From assembly GCA_963805995.1 (NCBI GenBank), contig CAWDWL010000007.1, positions 544,931 through 608,930 on the forward strand: a stretch of 64,000 nt of DNA, read 5' to 3'. The translations under genes and the position numbers were made by a program. This DNA comes from an uncultured Pseudomonadota bacterium (lineage in GTDB: Bacteria; Desulfobacterota; Binatia; Binatales; Binataceae). Below, in pieces: positions 38,565 to 48,991 of the stretch (its first letter is position 1; each line of letters opens with the position of its first letter). Under the pieces are notes generated by a model, which saw only the letters and a list, made by a program, of their open reading frames with translations, was not told the DNA's origin and did no database searches.

Positions 38565-40095
38565 AGCATTACAAATCGTCAAGCAGCGCCTGGCGCGTCT
38601 GGCGGCATTGCAGACTCTGATCGCATCTTTGCCGCCGATAATCGTCCTTTTCGGTGCGGCATTAGGCTTACCCGCGTTGGGCTTTTATACCTGGGAACGT
38701 TGGGGCTTCCTGTTGACGCCGAAATCCGCGCACGGCGCGCACACCGCGATTCTGACGGCAGCGGTGATTGGCCTGCTGGCCGCCGCAGTGGCGGCGTTTA
38801 TCGCTTTTCGGCGCAGCGAGGACACTGCCAGGACGGCGGAACTGGTCGATCGCAAGCTCGGAAGCCATGAAGAAGTCCTGACTCTGGCCACGCTGGCCGA
38901 CGCTGGCCAAAACCCTTCGCGCAGTCCGCTCTTTCCAGTCCTGTGGCGCCGCGCCGCCGAGCACCTCGACCGGCTCGACCCGGCGACGGCGTTCCCGTTC
39001 CAGGCCAAAGAGCCACTTAAGCAGGCGTTGTTCCTGACCGTGTGCACGGCTGGTTTACTGATATCCGGGATCACGGTCCTGCTTGCCGCCAACCACCAAC
39101 CGCTGGGCTCCGACGCCCGCCAATTACGCACAATCGCCCGCGAGATTGCCAACAACGCGGGGGCGGATGCGGCGGCCCGGGACTTGGCCGACAAACTGCG
39201 TGCGGTCGCCGCTACGCTCGAGAACCCGACGGTAGCGCCCGAAGCCAGGCTGGAACAACTCGCGAGCGTTGAGCAGCAACTCAAGGCGCAACAGCAGCGG
39301 CATCAACCGCAGGAAGGCGGGTCGGGCAAAAGCGAGACTGCGGCCACAGGAGCCTCAGGGCAAGGATCAGGGCAGGGTAAGGAAGCACAAGGCAAAGAAG
39401 GATCCGGTCAAGGTAAAGAAGGGTCCGGCTCAGGCAAAGAGGGAACCGGGCAGGGTCAGGGTAAGGGTGACGGCAAAGGAACTGGCGGTGCCGATAGCGG
39501 CCCGGCAAAGAATGGGGAGAAGCAGTTGGCCGACGCCCGCAAGGATATCGCCAAGGTTCAGGCCCAACTGGAAGCGCAAGCCGCGAAGCAAAAACCCTCA
39601 AAGCCATCAGCTGCCAATGGGCTAAAGGCGCGGGCGCCACACCCCGGAGAGCAACCTGATATGGCGATGCTGGAGAGCACCAACAACCGCAATCTCAAGC
39701 AGTTGAAGAGTCCCGGCCAGATCAGACCCAGTCGCGATCACGACCAGAAACCGAACCAGGGGCAGACCGCGTCATCGGGCCAGCCGCAGCGCAAGGACTT
39801 CGGCTCGACGCAAGGCGATACGCATCTGGGGCAATTTCCTGAAGCGAGAAAATTTGAAAGGTTCTACAAGGCCGGCGAGCACGGCCCGCCGATGGACATC
39901 AAGAACGCGCGCTATGTCTTGTTTCGCATCCCGCCCGCAGCGTTAAGCGGGGGCGGTGGAAAAACCGTGACCGACAACGAGCGCCGCTCGGCAACGGTGC
40001 CATACGAAAATCTCCCGCTTAATGCCGAGCGCATCGCGGCCGACCCGGACGAACACCAGCTCGTTCCGCCCCGCTACCGTGACCTGCTGAGATAA
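38548..40095 (+). CDS. Hypothetical membrane protein with central low-complexity Gly/Gln/Lys/Glu-rich repeats (GQGKEG...); first gene of the MoxR-VWA operon
   Basis: GTG start with AGGAA upstream. Two TM segments sit near the N-terminus and one more internally. The nucleotide sequence shows GGTCAAGGTAAAGAAGG-type repeats. Confidence 0.55.
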   Translation: MTDPLKALQIVKQRLARLAALQTLIASLPPIIVLFGAALGLPALGFYTWERWGFLLTPKSAHGAHTAILTAAVIGLLAAAVAAFIAFRRSEDTARTAELVDRKLGSHEEVLTLATLADAGQNPSRSPLFPVLWRRAAEHLDRLDPATAFPFQAKEPLKQALFLTVCTAGLLISGITVLLAANHQPLGSDARQLRTIAREIANNAGADAAARDLADKLRAVAATLENPTVAPEARLEQLASVEQQLKAQQQRHQPQEGGSGKSETAATGASGQGSGQGKEAQGKEGSGQGKEGSGSGKEGTGQGQGKGDGKGTGGADSGPAKNGEKQLADARKDIAKVQAQLEAQAAKQKPSKPSAANGLKARAPHPGEQPDMAMLESTNNRNLKQLKSPGQIRPSRDHDQKPNQGQTASSGQPQRKDFGSTQGDTHLGQFPEARKFERFYKAGEHGPPMDIKNARYVLFRIPPAALSGGGGKTVTDNERRSATVPYENLPLNAERIAADPDEHQLVPPRYRDLLR

Positions 40096-40111
40096 CCACC
40101 AAGGAGAAGAG

Positions 40112-41125
40112 ATGGGAGCCGCTCCACAAGCCAGGCCCGAGGATCGGGTGGCTGAGTTTCGTGAAGTTTTCAATCGCGTCGAGGGCGAGATCGGTCGTGT
40201 GATCGTGGGCCATCAGGCGGTGATCCGCAAGGTTCTGAGCGCGCTGTTTTGCGGCGGTCATGTGTTGATCGAGGGCGTGCCCGGACTGGGCAAGACGCTG
40301 ATGGTCAAGGCCGCGAGCGAGGCGCTCGGCCTCAGTTTCAAACGCGTCCAGTTCACGCCCGACCTGATGCCTTCGGATATCACCGGCACGCAGTTCCTGA
40401 ACGAAGTCGATGGACGCCGGCAGTTCGAGTTCAAAGCCGGACCAATCTTCGCCCATATCGTGCTCGGCGACGAGATCAACCGCGCTACCCCCAAAACCCA
40501 GTCGGCGGTGCTGGAAGCGATGGAGGAGCATCAGGTGACGATTTTCGGCACTACCTATCCGTTGGTGCCGCCGTTCTTTGTGCTGGCAACGCAGAACCCC
40601 ATCGAGTTGGAGGGTACCTATCCCCTGCCTGAGGCGCAGATGGACCGCTTCCTGTTCAAGGTCGTGATGGGCTCCCCCAAGCCGGAAGAACTGCGCGAAA
40701 TCCTCAATCGCACGACCACTGCCAAAACTTACCAGCCCAAACCAGTTCTCGAACCGGCCGACGCGCCCCAGAATATCGAACGGCTCAAGCTGCTGGTGCG
40801 CGAGGTGATGACGGCCGAGCCGGTGGAGCGCTACGCCATCGGGATAATCTCATCCTCGACACCAGGGGGTCCCGGAGCGCCGCCCGAGATCTCGCAATAC
40901 TTGCGTTTTGGGCCCAGCCCCCGCGGCGCTCAGGCGCTGCTGCTCTGCGCCAAAGTCAATGCCCTGCTCGACGGCCGGGTGAGCGTCAGCTATGAGGATA
41001 TCGAGGACGCGATCGTTCCCGCCCTGCGTCATCGGCTGCTGCGCAACTTCCAGGCGGAAGCCGAGAACATAACTTCAGAAGCGCTGCTGGAACTGGTGCT
41101 CAAGCGGCTCAAGCGGCCACGGTAG
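40112..41125 (+). CDS. MoxR-family AAA+ ATPase
   Basis: Walker A GVPGLGKT, Walker B VLGDEINRA, and MoxR-specific ATQNPIE motifs. AAGGAGAAG RBS. Confidence 0.9.
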   Translation: MGAAPQARPEDRVAEFREVFNRVEGEIGRVIVGHQAVIRKVLSALFCGGHVLIEGVPGLGKTLMVKAASEALGLSFKRVQFTPDLMPSDITGTQFLNEVDGRRQFEFKAGPIFAHIVLGDEINRATPKTQSAVLEAMEEHQVTIFGTTYPLVPPFFVLATQNPIELEGTYPLPEAQMDRFLFKVVMGSPKPEELREILNRTTTAKTYQPKPVLEPADAPQNIERLKLLVREVMTAEPVERYAIGIISSSTPGGPGAPPEISQYLRFGPSPRGAQALLLCAKVNALLDGRVSVSYEDIEDAIVPALRHRLLRNFQAEAENITSEALLELVLKRLKRPR

Positions 41126-41134
41126 TACAAAGCG

Positions 41135-42034
41135 ATGCTGGGATTGCCGGCCGAATTCACCTCTGATTTTCTCGCTCGCCTCGAGCAGTTGCGCATCAAG
41201 ACCCGGCGCGAGTACGCGGGTCTGGGCAAAGGGTCTCATCTTTCGCCGCGACGCGGCTCGTCTCTGGAATTTGCGGACTTCCGTCGCTATGCGCCCGGCG
41301 ACGACTTTCGCTACGTCGACTGGAGCCTCTACGGCCGCTCCGACAAGCTCTACATCAAGCTGTTCAAGGAAGAAGAGGACCTCCTCACCTATATCTTCAT
41401 CGACGCCAGCGCTTCGATGGGCTATCCCTTGCAGGATCGCAAGTTCGCCGCCGCGGTGACTATCGCGCTGGCGCTGGCTTACGTCGCGCTTTCCTCCGGC
41501 GACCGCGTGATGGTGCGGGTATTGGCCGGAAGCGGCAAGCCGACCGAGCCCACCTTCGTCACCGGACGCCATCGAATTGTCGAGCTGGCGCGGCAACTGG
41601 CCGGCATCAAGCCCGGCGGCCAGCTCGAGTTTGCGTCCGCGCTCGGGCGTGAGCTGGCCGCGTTAAAGCGCGCCGGAAAGGTTTTTGTAATCTCGGATTT
41701 CCAGATGATGTTCAACTCGATCGCGCAAGGGATGGGATTATTCCTGGCCTCCAACATGGACGCCACCGCCGTACACATCCTGGGAAGTGGCGAGCTCGCT
41801 GCCGAGGATCTTGAGGGCGATCTGGAAGTGGTCGACGCCGAAACCGGCGAACGGCTGCGGGTATCGATGAGCCGGCGTTCGCGCGATCAATACAAGGCCA
41901 CCCTGATGCGGCTGTCGCGCGAGATCAGGGCGCTGTGTCTTCAGCGCGGTCTGCGTTACACCCTTTACACCACCGAGCGCAATTTCCAGGATTTCTTTAT
42001 TCGCGCCGTCACTGAACTCGGTCTGGTCCACTAA
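41135..42034 (+). CDS. DUF58 domain protein (VWA-fold partner of MoxR)
   Basis: Motifs typical of DUF58 (SLEFADFRRYAPGDDFRYVDW...FIDASASM). Confidence 0.85.
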   Translation: MLGLPAEFTSDFLARLEQLRIKTRREYAGLGKGSHLSPRRGSSLEFADFRRYAPGDDFRYVDWSLYGRSDKLYIKLFKEEEDLLTYIFIDASASMGYPLQDRKFAAAVTIALALAYVALSSGDRVMVRVLAGSGKPTEPTFVTGRHRIVELARQLAGIKPGGQLEFASALGRELAALKRAGKVFVISDFQMMFNSIAQGMGLFLASNMDATAVHILGSGELAAEDLEGDLEVVDAETGERLRVSMSRRSRDQYKATLMRLSREIRALCLQRGLRYTLYTTERNFQDFFIRAVTELGLVH

Positions 42035-42042
42035 AAGCAGCC

Positions 42043-43854
42043 ATGCCGCCGATGGGCTTCCTTTATCCGGGCGCGCTGGTTTTTTTCGCGCTGATACCGC
42101 TGCTGATAGTCGCCTACCTGGTCCGGGAGCGGCCCCACAGCATTCTGGTCAGCAGCGTTTTGGGCTATCGCGCGTTGCGCGCGGTCAAGTCGGAGCGCCC
42201 TTGGGGCTGGCCCCGTTTCGATTGGCTGTTCCTGATCGAGTTGGTGCTGCTGAGCCTGGTAGTTCTGGCGATGGCGGAGCCGTATGTGATTCATCAGCAT
42301 ACGCCGGTCGCCGTCGTGCTCGATAACTCGGCCGCGATGGAGGCCGGGGTTCCGCCCGGCGCGCGGTTCGAGACGGCCAAGACCACTTTGCAGCGGGCAA
42401 TTCCGAATCAAAATGGCGTCGCGGTCAGTCTTTATGTGACTGCTCCGCAGCCTCATCAGCTACGGACTTCCATGAGCGTCGGGCAGGCGGAGTCGGCGAT
42501 TTCGCACCTCGCGCCGATCGACGCTCCGCAAAGTACCATCTCAGTTGCGAAGATGCTTGGTGACCTCGTCTCTGGCCACCGCTTTACGCAAATCCTGTTC
42601 GCCACCGCCGATCCGGTGAGCCAGCCACTTCCGCCGGGTCTGCACATTTTCAAGGCCGGCGACCCACTGCCGAATTACGCTATCGGCTCTTTCGCGGTCG
42701 GCGGCGCGCAGTTCGGTTCCGGAGCGCTGAGGGCGCGGCTTACCGTCGCGAACTTCAGCGCCCAGCCGCAAAACCTGGAGGTCGCGATCTCCGCCGAAGG
42801 CAAGACCCTGGCCAAAGCGCGGGCTCACGTGGGCGCGCGCGAGATAAGCGGCGTGGAGTTTCCCACCTTGGCGCCGGCCTCCGAATATCGCGCCGATCTG
42901 AAGCCCGCCGACGCGTTCCCACTGGACAACGTGGCTTATGCAACACCCGCCGCCGGGACCGAAATTCAGGTGGTGTTCGTGAGTCCAACGCCAGCGGACG
43001 CGGCGGGATTGACCTCCCTGCCACAGCTCAAGATTCGCACGCTGTCGCCCGAACAGTACTCGCCGGACAAAGCTAAAGCAGACCTGCTCATCTTTGAATA
43101 CGGCATCCCCAAGGAATTGCCCGCGGCCAATGTCCTGTTAGTGATGCCGCCCGGAGGCGACGACGTGTTCGGATTGCGGGTAAAGCCCGGCGCGACCACC
43201 CAGGTAACCGACTGGCGCTCGCCCGACGCGCTGACCGACGGGGTCAATTTTCGGCTCCTGGCGCTGCGCCAGCCCGAGTCCTTTGCGGTCCATCCATGGA
43301 TGGAAAGCGTGGTGAACAGCAATCTCGGTTCGCTGATTCTTCAGGGCAAGCACCAAGGCCATCGTTACGTCGCGCTGGGATTCAATCCTTTCCCCTATCT
43401 TGGAAAAAGGAACCTGCCGATGTCGGTGCTGACGCTGAACATCCTGGGCTATCTCTCGGGATTCGGATCCGAGGATGCGGGGCATCGCACCGGCGAACCC
43501 TGGATTGTCCCGGCGGGGGTAAACAAGATCATCACGCCCGCCGGAAAATCCATCCGCGTCGAACCTGGAACTCCGTTCAATCAGGGAAATCAGCAAGGGA
43601 TTTATCAGCTGATCGAGCCCGGATCGCAAAAGCGCTTGCGTGCGGTAAATCTCGCCGACCTTAACGTGTCGGACCTGGAGAACCCGCCCACGATTAAACT
43701 CGACATCGCGGCCAACGGCGCCGGTCAGCCGCCCGATTTCTCGCAACGTCAAACCTTCACTCCATATCTAATCGCCGCCATTCTGATCCTGGCCGCCGCT
43801 GAGGCGCTGTTTACCTACCGGCGCAGGCGCGCCTATGCTCAGGCATTAACGTGA
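42043..43854 (+). CDS. BatA-domain protein (N-terminal double-TM aerotolerance-regulator domain) with large extracytoplasmic region and C-terminal TM
   Basis: The N-terminus MPPMGFLYPGALVFFALIPLLIVAYLVRERP matches the BatA N-terminal domain pattern. The C-terminal helix is YLIAAILILAAAEALFTY. Confidence 0.75.
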   Translation: MPPMGFLYPGALVFFALIPLLIVAYLVRERPHSILVSSVLGYRALRAVKSERPWGWPRFDWLFLIELVLLSLVVLAMAEPYVIHQHTPVAVVLDNSAAMEAGVPPGARFETAKTTLQRAIPNQNGVAVSLYVTAPQPHQLRTSMSVGQAESAISHLAPIDAPQSTISVAKMLGDLVSGHRFTQILFATADPVSQPLPPGLHIFKAGDPLPNYAIGSFAVGGAQFGSGALRARLTVANFSAQPQNLEVAISAEGKTLAKARAHVGAREISGVEFPTLAPASEYRADLKPADAFPLDNVAYATPAAGTEIQVVFVSPTPADAAGLTSLPQLKIRTLSPEQYSPDKAKADLLIFEYGIPKELPAANVLLVMPPGGDDVFGLRVKPGATTQVTDWRSPDALTDGVNFRLLALRQPESFAVHPWMESVVNSNLGSLILQGKHQGHRYVALGFNPFPYLGKRNLPMSVLTLNILGYLSGFGSEDAGHRTGEPWIVPAGVNKIITPAGKSIRVEPGTPFNQGNQQGIYQLIEPGSQKRLRAVNLADLNVSDLENPPTIKLDIAANGAGQPPDFSQRQTFTPYLIAAILILAAAEALFTYRRRRAYAQALT

Positions 43855-46481
43855 AACTCGATCTGCCGCGCGATATCCCCTGGCTGCACGATTTTAGCTG
43901 GCTGCACGACCTTGGCTCGTCGCGCAATATCACCTGGCTGCACCCCGAGGCGCTCTACCTGCTCATCGCCGTCGGCGTGCTGCTGCTGTGGTGGCTGACG
44001 CGGGTGAACGCGCTGCGCAAGGTTTTCGCGCCCATCATGCGCGCCATGGTGCTGGCACTGTTAGTATTGGTAATGGCGCAGCCGCAGCGGCTCAGCACTT
44101 CGGAGGGCGCCGCCAAGCCGGTGCTGCTCGACGCCTCGATGAGCATCACGCCCGAGATGCGCGCCTGGGCGGCGGACCTGGTCCGCGACCAGCTCAAGCT
44201 CAAGTCCAGCGATCCGGCAATCATTTTTGCCCGGCAGCCGATAGCACAGAATGTCGGCCAGGCCCTGGACGCATTGACCAGCTCCAGTGGATGCCAGGCT
44301 TGCATACCGGGAGCGACCGACATCGCCAGCGCTTTGGCCAAGCTGACGGCACTGGGCGAGGGCAGCGGGCCCGTGGTGCTGGTCACCGACGGATGGGAGA
44401 ACCAGGGCAATTCCGCCCAGGAAGTCGCCAGCCTGCTGGCTGCGCATACCGAACTCTACATCTTTACTCCGCCCGCAGCGGCGTCGATTCACAACGTCGC
44501 GGTAACCGAAGTCACGACGCCGCACGCGCTGGCCAACACCGACTCGTTTCGGGTGGGCGTAAGCCTCGCCAACCTCAACGACCATCCGGTGAGCGGCACC
44601 GTGCATCTGTTCGAAAGCGGCCGGCCTATCGATCAGCGAGCGGTCACCCTCAACCCCGGCTCCGAGCGGGTGGACTTCCCCGTCCGCAGCGCCGGCACCG
44701 GGTTGACTTCGTATCGCGCGACCTTCACCGCGTCGCGGTCAGCCGACGATCTCTATCCGCAGGACAACGAGCTGCAAAGCTGGGTGGGAATCGGGGCGAA
44801 GCGCAAGATGCTGATTTTTGCCGACAGCGCCCAGGACTCCAACTATCTTCAAGCGGTGGCGCGGCGGCTGGCGCTGGAGCCCGAAATTGTGCGTCCCGGC
44901 GACACCCGGTTCGACGACAATCTTCACGGTTTCGACGCCGTCGTGCTCGATAATGTGCCGCGCGAGCAGATGCCGGCCGCGACCCAGAGCGCGCTGGCCC
45001 GCTATGTCGCGGGCGGCGGCGCCCTGGCGATGGTCGGGGGCGATCGGAGCTTCGGGCTGGGCGGATGGCACGGCAGCGCACTGGAAACCATCATGCCGGT
45101 CATCATGAAGCCGCCCGAGCACAAGGAGCGCCAGCGCGCCGTGGTGCTGATTATCGACAAGTCCGGTTCGATGGGCCGGGACGAGAAGCTGGATTACGCC
45201 AAGGCCGCCGCGCGCGCCGCCGCCAACACGCTCAAGGACAACGATCTGATCGAAGTCATCGGCTTCGATTCGCAGCCGTTCGTGGTCGTCCCATTGGAGG
45301 CGATGAGTACGGCGCGTCCTTACCTGGGCCAGATGATCGACCGCCTCAAAGCGCGCGGCACCACCTATCTGATGCCGGCGCTCAAGCAGGCCGATCGCGA
45401 TATCGCGGGCAGCGGCGCCGCGATCAAGCACGTGGTAATCCTGACCGACGGCGAAACCGGCGGGACCGCCGCGATGTATTACGACCTGGTCGCATCGATG
45501 CATCGTCAGGGCGGCGTAACCGTGTCGGCCATCGCGATCGGCAATGAAGCCAACGTGAGGCTGCTCGACGCGCTGACCCGGTACGGCGGCGGCGCCTTCT
45601 ACCAGACTTCGAGCGCCGCGTCGCTGCCGCAGATCATCTTGCAAGATGTCAGCCGCCACACCGGCGACAATAAGACGATGGTGGAGAAGGATTTTGTGCC
45701 TCAGGGAGTCAGCCCTGATCCGATTCTCAAGAACCTCGGCGGACGGGCGCTCCCACCCATCAAGGGTTACGTCAGAACCGAGCTCAGGCCCGGCGCCAGG
45801 CTCGACGTTTATGTTAATCGCGAAGGCCAGCGCGAGCCGCTAATCGCGAGCACTCGTTATGGCGCGGGCAAGACACTGGCGGTAACCACCGACGCCGGCG
45901 GGCGATGGGCCTCTCCGTGGGTGCGTGCCAATGTCTTCGCCGCATTATGGGACCACATTTTGGAGTGGATGACGCCGCCTGCCACCAACCTGCCCAAGTT
46001 CGACGTGGCGATGGGCTATCGTGACGGCCGCATCGCATTAACGTTGACCGATTACGACCCCGACGCCGCGCAAACGCTGGCGCTGGTAAGCGCGCGCGTC
46101 ATGCGGCCCGACGGCGCCCGCGAAGACCTGGTGCTGTCGCAGTCGGCGCCGGGCGAAGTCTTCGGTAGCTTCGCCGCACCCGCCGCCGGCAACTATTACA
46201 TCGAGTTGCGATCCGGCCAGTCGGGCAAGGAACGCCCTTTCCCGTCGCTGGCCTACACCGTAAGTCCGGCGGCTTTTGCGGAACTGCCGCGCCAGCGGCC
46301 CAACTACGATCTACTCGAGCACCTGGCCGCCGCCACCGGCGGGCGGCTCAATCCGCAAATCAGTGAGCTCAAGATGGCGCGCCCGCAGTTCAAGCATTCC
46401 GAAGGCTTCGCCCAACAGTTGCTGGCCGCCGCGATGCTCCTGCTAATCGGCGAAGCGATCGTCCGCCGCCTGACCTCGTGA
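43851..46481 (+). CDS. Membrane-anchored von Willebrand factor A (VWA) domain protein (BatB-like), 876 aa
   Basis: The GTG start overlaps the BatA stop. The VWA MIDAS region is VVLIIDKSGSMG...; the C-terminal TM is QQLLAAAMLLLIG. Confidence 0.8.
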   Translation: MKLDLPRDIPWLHDFSWLHDLGSSRNITWLHPEALYLLIAVGVLLLWWLTRVNALRKVFAPIMRAMVLALLVLVMAQPQRLSTSEGAAKPVLLDASMSITPEMRAWAADLVRDQLKLKSSDPAIIFARQPIAQNVGQALDALTSSSGCQACIPGATDIASALAKLTALGEGSGPVVLVTDGWENQGNSAQEVASLLAAHTELYIFTPPAAASIHNVAVTEVTTPHALANTDSFRVGVSLANLNDHPVSGTVHLFESGRPIDQRAVTLNPGSERVDFPVRSAGTGLTSYRATFTASRSADDLYPQDNELQSWVGIGAKRKMLIFADSAQDSNYLQAVARRLALEPEIVRPGDTRFDDNLHGFDAVVLDNVPREQMPAATQSALARYVAGGGALAMVGGDRSFGLGGWHGSALETIMPVIMKPPEHKERQRAVVLIIDKSGSMGRDEKLDYAKAAARAAANTLKDNDLIEVIGFDSQPFVVVPLEAMSTARPYLGQMIDRLKARGTTYLMPALKQADRDIAGSGAAIKHVVILTDGETGGTAAMYYDLVASMHRQGGVTVSAIAIGNEANVRLLDALTRYGGGAFYQTSSAASLPQIILQDVSRHTGDNKTMVEKDFVPQGVSPDPILKNLGGRALPPIKGYVRTELRPGARLDVYVNREGQREPLIASTRYGAGKTLAVTTDAGGRWASPWVRANVFAALWDHILEWMTPPATNLPKFDVAMGYRDGRIALTLTDYDPDAAQTLALVSARVMRPDGAREDLVLSQSAPGEVFGSFAAPAAGNYYIELRSGQSGKERPFPSLAYTVSPAAFAELPRQRPNYDLLEHLAAATGGRLNPQISELKMARPQFKHSEGFAQQLLAAAMLLLIGEAIVRRLTS

Positions 46482-46639
46482 ACAGTGCGAGTGACTCGCG
46501 GAAACCCGAGCCAGTATTTACGGCCAGGCGATGAGGGTCTGCGCGTTTCTGTGGATGCATCCCCCGGCAATCGCTTGATCGCATAGCGAGCACGCGCAAA
46601 TCTGGTGGTAGCTTTGCAGGCGCCGCGCAGTTTTTCGCT

Positions 46640-48976
46640 ATGGCCGTTGATCCTTTAGCGCAGATGGCTTTTCCGCTTACGCCGGGCGATCCGGAGGAGA
46701 ATGCCCGCGAATGCGCCGATATCCTCACCAATGCAATGACGGATCCGGCAATGACTTCTGGATTCCTGGAGCTGGCCGAAGAAGCGCTGCGCGCCCATCC
46801 CCACGACCCCTTCATTTTGTGCCTCGCCGCGACGGCGGCCCTGCTGGATGAGCAACCTAAATGGGCATTGATCTTCCTGAAGCGGTATCTCAAACGCTAT
46901 CTGCCCCACGACACCTATCACTTGCTGCATGCCCTGGCGCTGGCGCAGCGCAACCAACTGGACGCGGCGGGCGCGATTCTGGAGCGCCATGACCTGACCG
47001 TGTATTACCGGGCCATGCCGGTCTTTCCGGGTGGTCCGGGGCGCAGCAAATGGCTCATGAAATTGCTCGACCGCGTCTTGAAACGCGGCCAGGCAGCCGC
47101 GCGCACACGTGCGACTGCCGCCGGCCGGCCGGCGTCCAAGGCCGCCGCGAAGGCCCGGCCCCGCGCGCATCCGCATCGCGCATCGCCACCGCGCCCGCCG
47201 GTGGCCGCAGACGAAGCATCCGTTGCGCCGCCCAGTCTGCCGCGGATTGACATTGAAATTCCACTCACGATCGAGTTCGATCCCGCTCCGCTGCTGGCCG
47301 CCGGGAAGACCGCGCCAGAATCCGACGGCGGGTGGTATCGACTGCGCGAACGCTTTGCCCATCTGGGTCTGGCCCAGGGTTTCGACGAGTTGCTGTGTTT
47401 GCCCCATCTGCATGGGATCGAAACCTTCAGGTATCAGGTCGAGACCGTGCGCAAGGTGCTCAAGCAGTTCCGCGGCCGGGTACTGTTGGCGGACGAAGTC
47501 GGGCTCGGTAAGACCATCGAAGCCGGCATGGTGCTCAAGGAGTACCTGCTGCGCGGCATGGTCGAGAGCGTGTTGGTGCTGGTGCCGGCATCGCTGGTCG
47601 GACAGTGGCGCGAGGAGCTGGAGACCAAGTTCGACGTCGCCTGCGCCACCACCCACGATGCGCTGGTGCGCAGCGACCCGGATCAGTTCTGGAGCCAGAA
47701 GCGGCTGATCGCGTCGATGGCGCTGGCGCGCAGGAGTGAGCACGCCCAGCAATTGCTCAAACGCAAATTCGACCTCGTCGTGGTTGATGAGGCCCATCAT
47801 TTACGCGTGCGCAGCAGCCAGAGCTACAAGCTGGTGGATGGGTTGAACAAGCGCTTCCTGCTGCTGCTATCCGCCACCCCGGTGCAGAACGAACTGACCG
47901 AGCTGTACAATCTGCTGACCTTGCTCAAGCCGGGCATTTTCAAGACCCTGAAGGAATTCCGCGCCGCCTACATGATCGCCGGCAAGCCACGCCAGCCGGC
48001 CAACCCTGAGCGCCTGCGCGAGCTGATGCGCGGCGCCATGGTCCGCAACACCCGCGCCGTGGTCGCGCTGACGCTGCCGCGCCGTCATGCCACCACCATT
48101 CGGGTCGAGGGGTCCGAAGGCGAGCGCCGCGCCTACGGAGATCTGGCCACGGCTGTACGCGACCTCGCTGCCGCCGGTGATCGGGCGCGACATCGTCTCG
48201 CATTGCATCACCTGCTCGGAGCCGCGGGATCGTCGCCGGCCGCTGCAGCCGCAACGGTTGCTCGCTTCGCCGCGCGCCGCACCGACGAGCCGGTTTGGCA
48301 AGCGCTTGCGGAGCAGTGGTCGGCTTTGGACGCCGGCGGCAAGGAGGCAGCTCTGATCGAACTGCTGCGGCGCAATCCCGTGGAAAAGAAGCTGGTCTTC
48401 GTCCATTACCGCGAAACCCTGAATCATCTCGCCGCTTTGCTCGTACGCGAAGGTATCGGGTTCGCGTGCTTCGAAGGCGCTCTCAGTGGTCCCGACAAGG
48501 ACGCTGCGATTGCCGACTTTCGGGATCGCGTGCCGGTGCTGCTGTGCACCGAATCGGGCGGCGAGGGCCGCAACATTCAATTCTGCAACACTCTGATCAA
48601 TTTCGATGTCCCCTGGAATCCCATGACCATCGAACAACGCATCGGCCGCGTCGATCGCATCGGCCAGCAGCGCAACGTGTTCGTGTTCAATCTCGTAACC
48701 CGCGGCACACTGGAGGAGCGCATCCTGCACCTGCTCGAAGAAAAGATCTCCATGTTCGAGCTGGTGGTGGGCGAAGTCGGTGCAATCCTCGGAAGTCTCG
48801 AGGAAGACCGGGATTTCTCCGAACTGGTGCTGGCCGCGTGGTTGGAAACCACCGAAACCACCAGGACCCAGGCCTTCGACGCCATCGCCCACCTTCTGGA
48901 CGGGGCGCGGGGTGATCACGATGACGCCAAGGTCCTCGACGAAACCCTGTTCGGCGAAGACTTCGAGACCGCATGA
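46640..48976 (+). CDS. SNF2-family DEAD/DEAH-box helicase (RapA/HepA-like) with an N-terminal alpha-helical/Ala-Pro-rich extension of about 250 aa
   Basis: Motif I LLADEVGLGKTIEAG, motif II VVVDEAHHLR, motif III LLLSATPVQN, and the helicase-C domain (..LLCTESGGEGRN.QF.., QRIGRVDRIGQ). Confidence 0.9.
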   Translation: MAVDPLAQMAFPLTPGDPEENARECADILTNAMTDPAMTSGFLELAEEALRAHPHDPFILCLAATAALLDEQPKWALIFLKRYLKRYLPHDTYHLLHALALAQRNQLDAAGAILERHDLTVYYRAMPVFPGGPGRSKWLMKLLDRVLKRGQAAARTRATAAGRPASKAAAKARPRAHPHRASPPRPPVAADEASVAPPSLPRIDIEIPLTIEFDPAPLLAAGKTAPESDGGWYRLRERFAHLGLAQGFDELLCLPHLHGIETFRYQVETVRKVLKQFRGRVLLADEVGLGKTIEAGMVLKEYLLRGMVESVLVLVPASLVGQWREELETKFDVACATTHDALVRSDPDQFWSQKRLIASMALARRSEHAQQLLKRKFDLVVVDEAHHLRVRSSQSYKLVDGLNKRFLLLLSATPVQNELTELYNLLTLLKPGIFKTLKEFRAAYMIAGKPRQPANPERLRELMRGAMVRNTRAVVALTLPRRHATTIRVEGSEGERRAYGDLATAVRDLAAAGDRARHRLALHHLLGAAGSSPAAAAATVARFAARRTDEPVWQALAEQWSALDAGGKEAALIELLRRNPVEKKLVFVHYRETLNHLAALLVREGIGFACFEGALSGPDKDAAIADFRDRVPVLLCTESGGEGRNIQFCNTLINFDVPWNPMTIEQRIGRVDRIGQQRNVFVFNLVTRGTLEERILHLLEEKISMFELVVGEVGAILGSLEEDRDFSELVLAAWLETTETTRTQAFDAIAHLLDGARGDHDDAKVLDETLFGEDFETA

Positions 48977-48991
48977 GGCGGGCGGCAGGCG

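Noticed and set aside
38685-39284. 199-aa antisense ORF inside the low-complexity membrane protein gene
   Set aside because: It is Ser/Ala/Arg-rich and mirrors the GC-rich repeat region of the sense gene, so it is not independent coding.
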